Below are positions 22,686 through 32,963 of a DNA stretch of 41,044 bases, piece after piece. The notes beneath the pieces are model-generated. The model was given only the letters and a program-made list of their open reading frames with translations. It ran no database searches and had not been told where the DNA came from. The translations under genes and the position numbers were made by a program. How positions within the stretch are numbered: the stretch's first letter is position 1; each line of letters starts with the position of its first letter. The DNA comes from Sarea resinae (Eukaryota): NCBI GenBank assembly GCA_026026165.1, contig JAPEUD010000081.1, forward strand, positions 62,001-103,044, given 5' to 3'.

Positions 22686-24227
22686 CTGCGTGCGTAACGG
22701 ATGAATGAGAGATAGGCAAGAGTTCTGTCAAAATGGCGAGGGCAGGGAACGAGGAGCAAGGATACAAGAAAACGCGACTTACGGTCAAAACAATACCGCC
22801 CTCGCCGTCTCCGGCCCCTCCAATCCCCCCACCGCCACCATCACCATCCAGATACACATACAGCACCAGGGCCCAGCCGTCGACGAAGCAAGCGACCACG
22901 CGCCCGCCCATGCGGCCGACACTCAACACGCGGCCCCAGTCTCGCGCGTCAATGCGCACACTCGACCAGCTCGCGGCCGCGCTCTCCGGGTCGGGGTCCG
23001 ACGGGTGGTGGGCGGCCTTCAGAGCGCTGGGATGCGGTGGCTGTGGTGTCTTTTCATTTGCGTTTGCCTCGGCGTTTGCGTTTCGAGGGACGGAAGAAGA
23101 GGTAGGGGAAAAAGGGGCGTTCTCGTCGGGTTCCGATTCCGGATCTGTAGGCAACACGAGGGTCGGGTTCGTGAGATTCGTATACGTGGACGCAATCGTG
23201 AGATGTGGTGTCGTGAGCGAGAGCCGGAGATGGCCATGCATCGTCGCGGCCAGGGTGAGCGTGGGCGCGTTGTTGCTGCCACTGCCTGCCCCTGATAGAC
23301 CTGCCCCTGCACTTCTTGATCCTCCACCTCCGCCGCTATCGCCCCCCGACGACGTCGAACTCGCCAGCCTCGTGAACCGCTCCGAGATGGCTTTGAGTTG
23401 GAGCAGAGGCGGCAGCAGGATATGCACGTCTGGCTCGCGGCATCGGGGCTCGTGGATCCCGGCGACCGAGGCCGGCGCGAGCACGCGGATGGGGATGTCC
23501 TGCGTGATCAGCGTTTCGCGGTCGCGCGAGAAGTCGATGTTGATGTCCCCGCCGTCGTCGTTATTTCCCCCATCCTCATCCCGGCCGAAACTAGGGTTGT
23601 GGGTGTTGCTGGTGGGAAAGCCCCCTCCTCCTCCGCCTCCGCTGCCGCCGCGGCCATGTCCCGATCCCACGGTATCCGCTACCACGGTCAGCGATAGTAG
23701 TGGTATATCGTCCTTTTTGGTCAGCCGTAGACTCGCGGACGAGGCCGAGAGGGCGGAGCGCAGCGCCCGATGAAGCGGGGCAACGGGAAGTTCGAGATTG
23801 ATGGCGTTGGAGGGGGCCGCGGATTGGATGGTGTAGGATTCGAAGATGGTGTCCTATCGCAAGCAACACGCAATCAATATTATTGAAATAATAAACACAA
23901 AGGGCGAAGGGGAAGACTCACAATACCTAGAACGCTTCAGGCCCCCACACCCTCAGTCGCTCGCTCGATCAAGGAGGTACGGTATCGCGACACAGCACTT
24001 ACGCCCACACCTGCGTGCCCACTTCCGGGATGATGGTAAAGCGGACCTCATTCTCATCGAACCTGACCCAGGCGACCTTGCCCAGCGAGGAGAGCGATGC
24101 CGTGAACTCTGCGATCGTTTTTCATGCCATTAGTACGCAATTTTCATTTGCGGTAGACCAGTATTTCAGAGGGGAAGGTATTACTCGTGAAAGTGCTTAT
24201 ATTCTTGATCGACGCCTTGAAGCGCAT
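22362..24227 (-). CDS. HUS1: 9-1-1 checkpoint clamp subunit Hus1/Mec3; exons 24227-24185, 24108-24003, 23934-23922, 23853-22783, 22391-22362
   Basis: Spliced product MRFKASIKNISTFTKFTASLSSLGKVAWVRFDENEVRFTIIPEVGTQVWAVLGIDTIFESYTIQS...INLELP...LRLTKK...ITQDIPIRVL...EPDVHILLPPLLQLKAISERF...WSSVRIDARDWGRVLSVGR...IVLTYYISSYTAS*. All four introns are GT-AG and keep the frame. Confidence 0.92.
22657..22685. repeat. (TG)n/(CA)n microsatellite inside the last HUS1 intron
   Basis: Uninterrupted TG run. Confidence 0.97.
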
Positions 24228-24301
24228 CGCGGGCTCGTTGAGTCGTTATGCTGCGATGCCGCATGTGGCCGTAGACTGGGGGAGTGAGCGCCGGCTGTAA
24301 G

Positions 24302-24319
24302 TTGACGCGATTGACGCGA
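24302..24319. promoter_or_regulatory. Tandem MCB-like elements (TTGACGCGA x2) about 75 bp upstream of the HUS1 ATG
   Basis: ACGCGA at 24305-24310 and 24314-24319. The ACGCG core is the MBF (Mbp1/Swi6) site of G1/S and DNA-damage genes. Confidence 0.5.
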
Positions 24320-24938
24320 CCAAGAGGGTCGCCAGGATGACCGGGATCGCTGAGAATCGCCTACGGTCGCTGAGGATTGCAAATCAATCGCCAGAGTCTC
24401 ACAGGGTCGCTGACATGAGAAGAGAGTCATTGATCTTCCCAGGCGAGCAACTTGCCTCTGTGCGTGGCCCTGTGCGATTCTCGGCGGTCCTAGGAGAGAC
24501 CAGACGACGTGTGGTCAATCAATCAAACACCCGCTTTAGGCATCGCCTCGTCTGGCACATCCATTTCCTTTCTCCTCCAACGCCAAGCCAGGTACAGCAC
24601 AGATGAGTTCGAGCATTATCATCACTATCACTATTGGAGTCGAATGGAGGTGATGGGGGGCATGAAGCTTCTCTCGTGTGATTAGACCTACCCAATCCGA
24701 AAGGCATACGTTTCAGTGTCTAATAGACCGGTGCCATGAAAAAAATAGCTCAACCCGTGAAAGTCTGAAGAAGGGGGTCCTTCACAACGAGCAAACGATA
24801 CAATTCCCCTATTTTCATCGACAAAGTGTGCCGCTTAGTCTTCCCCTTCTGCGTGTTCAAAGGACTGCTTTGTGGTGCAAGCAGCCTCCATCCATCATTA
24901 ATTCCATGCTTGCACTTGTCTAGACCCTTTCGGTCATC

Positions 24939-26095
24939 TCATTCCGACCTCGCCCTCTTCAGTCCTGGCAGGGAAGCGACATCAGTCCACCAAGCTTCAA
25001 ACGGTCGTTGCTCATGACTCTCCTGCTTTTTTCCATCCACGACACTATCTCCTGTCAGCGTGCATTCACGCACCATTGAAGAAAAGGCATACATCTCTGA
25101 GCTCGCTTTCACGCCGTCAGCCTGCTCTCGCTGTTTCGCTTCGGTGACTTGAAGGCCATTCAGTATCTGCGCAACCTGCCTGACCAAGTCCCTATCTCCC
25201 TTCTTCTGTTTGGTGGGCGAGCAACGTCGATATCTATCGGTTTCTGTTTTGACAGGCGAGGATGGTCGGCTTCCGTTATTCATGCTTTTCCCCGAGGGTG
25301 ACAATCGGATATGTCCCCCCTTTTCTTTCAGGGGTGAATGCCTAATACATTTTCGTGTCAGATGAGGTACCAAGAGACCAGAAAATCAGACTTCTCCGAA
25401 GAAGAGATAAATTACCCAATGATGACGTTTGCGTCCTTTGGCGCCATGGTACTATCCAAAACATGGAAATTCTCTGCCGCGGGGTTCAAGCTTGACACCC
25501 GTGGCTTGGGCTTCACTGCTGAACCGTCTTGTTTTGGGGCCACCAGAATCGGAAGAAGAATCGGAGACGACATGCTGAGCTTTGATTCTGCGGCTGGAAT
25601 ATCCTCATTCGGCCCCGCGGGCTGGTCGAAGGCTGGCACACTGAGTTTAGGCACCATCGGCTCAGCCATGTCATCAGATGACGCCTCATTAGCAGAGGAG
25701 CTCTCGATGTCCACGTCCGCCGATGTAGGCGTTTGCACTACCTCGCGCTGCGCCCTATGGTCGACGTGAATTTCCTCCTTCAGAACGACATCATTCCCAT
25801 CAGGGTCCTCATCATCGTTACTCAGCGTATCCTCATCTTCGTCGTATTGCTCGTAGTACTCTTCCTCAACCTCTCTTCTCGGCTGCTGGGCAAGTGCCCT
25901 CTCGGCCGGCTCGATAACAGCCAGCTGGGACTGGAATGCGCCATCAGAGAAATCCGGTTCTGGATCGTGCGGACCAAACTGGATGATGCTGCCGCCTTCA
26001 TAGACGTGCACGGTCTGGAGGTCAGGATTGCCCGTGCGACGGAAGCGGTGATAATCTGGGAAGCTGACAAGTTCAAGTTTGGCGTACCGCGCCAT
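24939..26095 (-). CDS. Hypothetical, largely disordered acidic protein; probable exons 26095-25416, 25341-25093, 25044-24939
   Basis: ATG 26095 (MARYAKLELVSF) opens a long ORF. Intron 25415-25342 (GTAATT..CTGAC..TAG) joins it in frame to the 24939 ORF. There is a second, 48-nt in-frame intron candidate (GTATGC..GCTGAC..TAG). No family recognised. Confidence 0.6.
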
Positions 26096-27209
26096 TTTGG
26101 AAACGACCAAGTAACCCGGGACTGTGAGATTGAGAGGCAGGAGGGTAAAACACGCGTGGTCGCAGGAGTGCTTATGAGGGTCGCGAAAGAGTCGGTGGTG
26201 AAAAGTCGTTCGCGTTGTGGGAAGAGAAGAAGAAGTGGTGACACCTTCACTGAACCGCAACTCTCACTTTCCAGAACTCTCACTTTCCAGAACGATGCGA
26301 TCCAAAACAAAGCCGTCCAAAATATCGAGTGCTGTGTTGATGGTGCTCGATGTGTTTGTCAAAGTCTTGGGTCATGAATATCACTTCTTCTGGAAGCATA
26401 TGCGGCTGGTGTGAGGCTGGTGTGATGATGATGATGGTGATGATGGTAAGGAGAGGAAGAAGCGAAGAATAAGTTCGCAGGTGACAAGAAACTCTTTATA
26501 TACACTATTCGAGAGGCTGCTTCTTGTACCTTGGGTAGGTAGGTAGCTATCACAGAGTCATCGCGGAAGCCATCGAGGGAGGGAGAGAGAGGTGAGGAAA
26601 ACAGGCCGAGTGAGGCTTAGTGCTTCTTTCCCTCCAGGTGGCACTTGCCCTGCGAACGAACCATCACCATCGATCTTGTACTCTTCAATTTGTCTATCAT
26701 TCTTGCCTGATTCAGGATTAGAAGGAAGATTGTGATATCATCCATCTCTTGACTTTGCCTTTCTAGATGGTGACTGTGCGCCGGTACGCGTGTTGTTATC
26801 GTGAAAGAAGGAACAGCCAAACACCGTCAACAGCAGCACAACATAGCAATGAAAGTCAACTGAAATGGATGGATGGATACATCAGCCATGATAGAAACCG
26901 ATCCAGATGGAACTTATGAGTCACATATGTCTATCCTCTCAGTTGTTGCTCCAAAGATCCATCAGTAATAGAAATACAGACGATACATGAAAACATTGGA
27001 AGACGTAAAGACGTTTCTATTCCGATCCCGAGATGAGTAAGCCTGCCTCAAGCGCAAACGCAAGCCGAAATAAATCCCAAAATAATCCCTAACCGCCAGC
27101 CCACCTTGGTCTCCCATCAGCCACCCAGAAACGCCTTTCATCGGTCGATGTACCAGCCCTGACATCCCCTACTGCCTCTTTGCCATCGCCCCTTGGCCTC
27201 TTCCCTCCA

Positions 27210-27467
27210 TCACTTCCCTCCTCTCGGTAACCCGAGCGGATTCCCTCTAGTCTGCCTCCTCGGCCCACCAGCCCCGGTAGAATCCTTGATACCGTTGCCG
27301 GCCTCCTTGGCGCCATCACCCCACCCACGCGTAGTATTCGTGACGCTATCGCCCATTCCCTTGCCCGTGTTCGAGATGCCGTCGCCGACTCCGGAGACCA
27401 GATCGCCCGCCACTTTGCCCGTAGAGGCGACGGCGTTGTTGATCGTCTTCTGGATGAAATTGGACAT
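27210..27467 (-). CDS. Small 85-aa Gly/Thr-rich protein of unknown function
   Basis: GCCACCATG start context and C/G-ending codon bias. Sequence: MSNFIQKTINNAVASTGKVAGDLVSGVGDGISNTGKGMGDSVTNTTRGWGDGAKEAGNGIKDSTGAGG...NPLGL. Confidence 0.75.
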   Translation of the reverse strand: MSNFIQKTINNAVASTGKVAGDLVSGVGDGISNTGKGMGDSVTNTTRGWGDGAKEAGNGIKDSTGAGGPRRQTRGNPLGLPRGGK

Positions 27468-27563
27468 GGTGGCAGAGGGGAGTGGTTCGAGTGGTCGGTC
27501 TGATTCGATTCGAGTTGAGGGATGTGGCTGCTGTATAGTTCGAGGATAGGTGATGGATGGACG

Positions 27564-27594
<31 letters not shown>
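27564..27594. repeat. (GATA)n microsatellite upstream of the small Gly-rich gene
   Basis: GATA x7 plus GAT, preceded by GGAT units. Confidence 0.95.
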
Positions 27595-27968
27595 GGGATT
27601 CCGAATCTTTTGCTCGCTCTTTCTAAGTGATTTCTTGAGAGAGACAGTAATTGATCTATGGATTGCTGATGATAGACGGGTGGATGAGGAATGTGCCAAG
27701 CAGGAATCTTGGAGGCAATGGTCGGGCAACGAGGTTCTCGGCTCTCACAGGGCTGCGGGACAGCTTCAGGTTGACAGGCGAGCTTGACGTCACGTCGCAT
27801 AAGGCGATCAAGAGATTGAAGTGGATAAGATAAGATAACGCGTTATCGGTGCGACACGATGAAAAAACCTCACATATTAGAAATGCGCCATGTCCTTCGT
27901 TCCGGTGGTTCAGGTTCAGATGAATGGAAATGTATAGATACACATTTATATGTATGAATAGGAAGCTG

Positions 27969-30142
27969 TCATCTCGAGCTCAACGCGCCCCTCTTCAGTG
28001 GCGTGACGGTGCCCGGGAGGCCCAGGCTCAGCACCCCCCGACCCTTTCCTCCCCCAATCAAACCATATTGCAGCCTCACCCGCGATTGGACGCGAGAGTC
28101 AGCCAGCTGTTCTTCTACAACTGAATTAAGATCCTCATTGCGAGTAGCTCGTAAAACAGTCGAGAAAGAATCGTCATAGGTCGTATAGTCGTTGAACCGG
28201 TAAGCATGGAAACCAACAATAATTCCAATGAGCGCCACGGTCGCACCTATCCCATAGGAGGTCAGAAGATGTAGGGCATTGTATTCATAAACATTAACAG
28301 CTTCGAATATGGTTGCGTTTACTTTCTGGCTTTGGTTGGACCTGTAAGACAACCATTAGTTGTATCTGGGAAAGGGATGGGCAGTTCCGTATAGACGAGT
28401 GACCCAAACATGCATGCTCTTGCAAGAATAAATAAGGACAACGACAACTTACCACAGCTCGGAGGCGCCGAAGAGGCTTAAAGTTATGTTCTGCGAGAGC
28501 TCCTCAAACCAAGAACTCAATGTTTTGTTACTACCATATTCATTTGGTAGTAGAGGTAGAGAACTTAATGATCTCGAGAAGTGCTGGGTATTGCGGCTAC
28601 CTATTAGTGGCCTTTGACGGTCCCCAGTGCTGACTGGCTTAGTTATGGTCATGCTGGTCAGCTGTTGTATCATGGCCATCCATATCGCTCCGTAGGAAAA
28701 GGACCCAAGGGCAAGAGCCTCATCATCGTGTAATCGTAACGCGCCTTTGTAATCCAGCCGGGAAATGTAGTCCAAAGAAGTAATATTGGTGGACTGGACG
28801 CCACCTGTATACATGAATTGAACTGTGTAGGAGGCGTTGTACAGAGCGCAAGTGCTGTTTATCCGTGCACCGTCGCTACATTCCATAGCTGAACCAGCCT
28901 TGGGGATGGAAGTTTGGCTGGTGGTATACCATAGCTCTGGAGCGCTCGGATGGTTTTCTACATAAGCATCGTATAAGATAGGGTAGCTGGAGATGTCCAC
29001 ATCATAATAAGTCCCGTTATTCGTACGCCCAGGAATCATGCCGAAGTAATAGTTGCTGCTTATGCCTAAAGCACCGCACGGAAGCACAGTTTGATTCATG
29101 AACTCCAACATTACTTCACTTGTCGATTCGTTGGCGGAACTGCATTTGACTGCGGGGCCGTGAAAGTTGAGGCTGAATGTACCATCAGGAATTGGCGCCA
29201 CCATGGCTTGAATAGATCCTGTAGATGAGGCTGCAGCGGATAGTACATTCTGCAAAAGAGTTGGATACAAGAAGACGCGCCAAGGGTATGGCCTGAATAT
29301 GCTTTAGCATTTTCAACGATACACAATCAAAAGTAAGTCATAGCGAGTGAGTCGTACACTTGTTGACTAGAGTCGCAAAGAACCGCCGTAGTGGCATAAT
29401 TTTCGATGTTCTCGTAGTCAACTATGGGTGCAGATATCTCCTTCTGATACTGCCGTGGGCGTGGCGCTGGAGTGACCGTCAGGGATGCTGGTGGAATTAG
29501 AGCCGACAGAGGCAGCAACCTGTGAGGGAGGGTTAGCGCAACGCGCAAAGCCGGTGGCGATACAGTGGCTCTTCGGATACCGACGGTCGCCGAAGCTTAC
29601 CAGATAATGATTGCCAAAATGGTTGACCGCTTCGCTCGCAGGAGCATATCTCCTCTTCGAAACGAGGCAATGTCATGGGTGGCAGTGAATGCAGCATCAA
29701 TGGCACAAACAGATAACGCTTTCTGCCTTAAGGTCGCCCACACACGCTGAATGTAGGCCACCGCAACAGCGGAGACAAAGGATGCTTTAGCCAGAAACGC
29801 AAACGCTGTCCCAATGAAGGAACTCCATTGTTGCCGGTGAGCCGAACCAGCCAGCGTCCCAGCAAGAGACTCGTAGTAGACGTGATGGCCGATGGCAGCA
29901 CATACGCCCAAGAGGAACGGTAAGACCATTCTTAGAAGCGCTTTTCGACTCGGGCCACTCGAATACTGCAGCGCAGATCCATCTGAAACGTTGTCTTCCT
30001 GTAGAGGTGGGCAACACTCGCCCCGAGTGATCGCATCGCCGTCAACTGGCCGCATGGGCTGGGGAAAGTCCTGCTCGGAGTGTCTCTCGGAAGAAGTTGC
30101 ACGGCACTGAAGTTCGGACCCAAGGCATTCATCTAGATCCAT
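27969..30142 (-). CDS. Fungal membrane protein of unknown function (family often mislabelled formylmethionine deformylase-like); exons 30142-29601, 29519-29358, 29292-28453, 28341-27969
   Basis: N-terminal TMs with AIGHHVYY, IGTAFAFL and AYIQRVW, then IPPASLTV, LNFHGPAVKC, CALYNASY.V.F and EELSQNITLSL. The C-terminal TM is followed by SFSTVLRATRN. Three frame-consistent introns (donors GTAAGC, GTACGA, GTAAGT). Confidence 0.8.
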
Positions 30143-31028
30143 CCAGATATAGCGGCTTCTTTCCAGGGCACTTCTTGCAGTTCTAGCACGAAATGTTGCT
30201 TGGTAGGAATTGCGTTACTGTGTAGCTCCGAGATAGAGAAAGAGAGGGAGGCTCGACATCATGAGAGCTTGAAGAGCAAGCGGCACATAAATCAAATAGT
30301 CATCTAGAGCAGAGCAGCCCGCAGAGCCCAGGGCCCGGGCACCAGGCACCAGGCACCAGGCAATATCGAGCCATGACCGTGGAGAGCTGAGAGCTGAGAC
30401 GGTTTGAGCGGTCTCGAAGCATCTCCAATCATGACTACTCTCAACTTTGGCATCTTCGAAATCCAATTGGGGTGATCAAAGGGGCGGCGGCGAGCATCAA
30501 AAGAGCGACAGACAGCTATCAGCCAACCGTCAACAGTATTGCCTGCCTTGCCCGCCGTGCCTGACCTTGGAGCGGCATGGTGTTGATAGCTAAGGTTAAG
30601 GGTCGGCCGAGTGGCCGGGTATCTCATAGGACGGAGTACGAAGCACTACCTACTGCGTGCACTCGCTTGCAGTCAGCTTGCCTTATCGGCCCGACGATGA
30701 TGCAGATTCGCGAACCCAAGGGAGATTCTCGGTCAGAGCAGCAGAGGAACGACGGATGCCATGTTCGGAATGCCCATCTCTAACACAGGTCGGAATTGAT
30801 TCTCTCGTCATCCAACATCAGGGCATGAGGCCAGCATCGTCTAGATAGAGTAGAGTTTGCAAGCATTCAAATCCACGGAGGGCCTGATACGGCCTTTTGG
30901 GGACGCCATGCAGCAATTCACTCCCAATCTATCCCTGTTCTACATCCTGGTCGATACAAATCCCGCTCAGCCCTCAGCCCTCAGCCCTCAACCCCCCACG
31001 CACCTGCCCGGTGTCTATTCATGCTGGC

Positions 31029-32218
31029 CTATCGATCATCGTTGAGATACTTCTCACATACCTCTCCATAGAATTTCCTCCCCACTGCGGGATGACTCCT
31101 AATCATCGTCCGCAGCTGCGACTCACCCCACGTGTCGTACTTGCCTTTCATGAACGCGGAGTCGATTCGAGATCCTTCTTCAGATTCCTTGCTCGCAACA
31201 AAAGGCGACTGAGAAGAATCTTCTGTGCTGGCGACCATGCCGCGGCCGAAATGTGACCACAGCCCCTCCATATCCTTTTTCGTCAAATCGCCTCTCACTC
31301 CTTGGAAAAGGGGGACGCTGTACCTTTCCTGCGGTCCAGAAAGTACACGGTGGGTGGTCGCTTTGCACACGCCATTGGCCACAACCTCAAAGGCTTGACC
31401 AATGTTGACAACAAATGTTCCTGGGATGACGGGGACATCGATCCATTCACCTGCTTTGTTAAGGGCTTGTAAGCCCTTGATGTCTGGTGGCGAGGCTTGC
31501 AGCAGAAATGTCCACCACCCAGATGAGTCCTTGTGGGCACCAACGCCTTGGAAAGAGGCATCCAAGGTGGGCGTTGAGGGTGGCGATGGTAGAGAGGCCG
31601 AAGGCGTTCGAGCTTCATAGTGTAGAAGTTTGATACGGTGCTGAGGGGATAAGAATGGGTGGAAAACCGCAGGAGGCAGATCGAGGGCCTCGGCTACAAG
31701 GCTGAGGAACCGAACGGAGAGGTTTGTCACTTCTTCTATGTAGGTTTCGATTATTGGGCGGAGGGAGGGCAGAGAGGAAGGCCACTGAAGGAGTCGGTAA
31801 GAAGCTGATCGTGAGTGACTTTTAAAAAACATACCTGATTAGGTCCGTAGATCCGCTCATACAGCGGTTGCCCTTTCCCTTCGACATAGCGATCCTCCAA
31901 CTCAGTGGCAAACTCGAATTGCTCTCTCCTGTCCGGCACCTTTGCCGTCCTTTCCTCGCCCATCAAGCCATATCCTAGGAATTGCGGGGAATTCCACAAC
32001 GAAATGGCATCTTTCTGATCCTGCGGCAAGCCAAACAACGCCGGCAGAGACGAGACGAGAGAGTCGACAACCAAGTCTGGCACCCCGTGATTGCTCACGT
32101 ACAAGAAGCCAATGTCGATGAGCGCATGGCGGAGCTGGGAGAGAAGCTGAGGCTTGGTAGAAGCGGAATTTGCGAGGGAGAGGTCGACAATGGGGATCGA
32201 GGTGAAGGCCGTTGTCAT
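31029..32218 (-). CDS. Fe(II)/2-oxoglutarate dioxygenase (DIOX_N + 2OG-FeII_Oxy; IPNS-like fold); exons 32218-31835, 31784-31029
   Basis: IPIVDLS, IGFLYVSNHGV, GPNQ|WP across intron 31834-31785, facial triad GVGAHKD...ATTHRV, VVNIGQAFE, and 2OG-binding RYS. Confidence 0.92.
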
Positions 32219-32393
32219 GCTTGTTTGTAAGTCCGTCAATCACTTGGCAAGATGAGTAACTATATTCGCTCTTCAGTACGTTTCCTTCCTTGCGTTGGCA
32301 TAATCAGGTCGGTCACTGAAGTCTTGCCTCTGGCGGGTATTCATCGAGAGTCGGATGATGACTGTCGTAGCCATACTGAACTGGACTGTCGGT

Positions 32394-32432
32394 CTTATCG
32401 ATAAAGCGCGGGGTCTGATAAGATCTGATAAG
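32394..32432. promoter_or_regulatory. Cluster of four GATAA sites (AreA- or SreA-type) upstream of the dioxygenase
   Basis: TTATCGATAA palindrome at 32395-32404, GTCTGATAA at 32413-32421 and ATCTGATAA at 32423-32431. Confidence 0.6.
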
Positions 32433-32963
32433 ATCTACTCTAGGAACCTACAAAGCGCCAAAGTGGACAAAGTGTGCTCAAGGCCCTCGACAAGGTAGAA
32501 AGTCGACGCATTCTCTAACAGATGGATATTCAGGTAATCATAGGTTGGCATAGTGCTCAAAGGTCTCGCGTAAACCTATTTACAGTTCTTGGGCACTTGT
32601 AATGGGCGAAAACCATTACGGCGAAGTTCTGCAAACCTCATTGGAGGCGGTCGCAGTGGTGATCAAATTATCTATGCACACCTCATAGCAGAGGGGGTAT
32701 TAACAGTAAGTATAGAATACGGCTTACAATAAAGTTGTACAATCGAAGAAAAAGACTGATGAAAATGGGCCCACCAATGCACGCTATGCAGAAAGTATCC
32801 AGGCTTCAGACCGATAAACACATGGCGCCGTGGTGACCGAGGCACCGTCAAGATACGAAAAGAAAACCGGGCCAAAACCGTAGAATTCAAAATGCCTCTG
32901 TTCGAGGGAAAGTAAGTTGCCAGCAAGTCGTGACAAAATACTCTAATCGAAAATGGTGGCACT

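Noticed and set aside
22733..23773. 346-aa plus-strand ORF (and the 196-aa ORF at 22705)
   Set aside because: Antisense shadow of the GC-rich, low-complexity HUS1 exon 4; no independent motifs.
25733..26377. 214-aa plus-strand ORF with a hydrophobic stretch
   Set aside because: Antisense of the acidic tract of the minus-strand orphan; GAR/GAY codons read as hydrophobic residues on the other strand.
30335..30992. (GCACCAG)n, (GAGAGCT)n and (CTCAGCC)n short repeats and small ORFs
   Set aside because: Ordinary intergenic slippage repeats with no terminal inverted repeats or transposase remnants.
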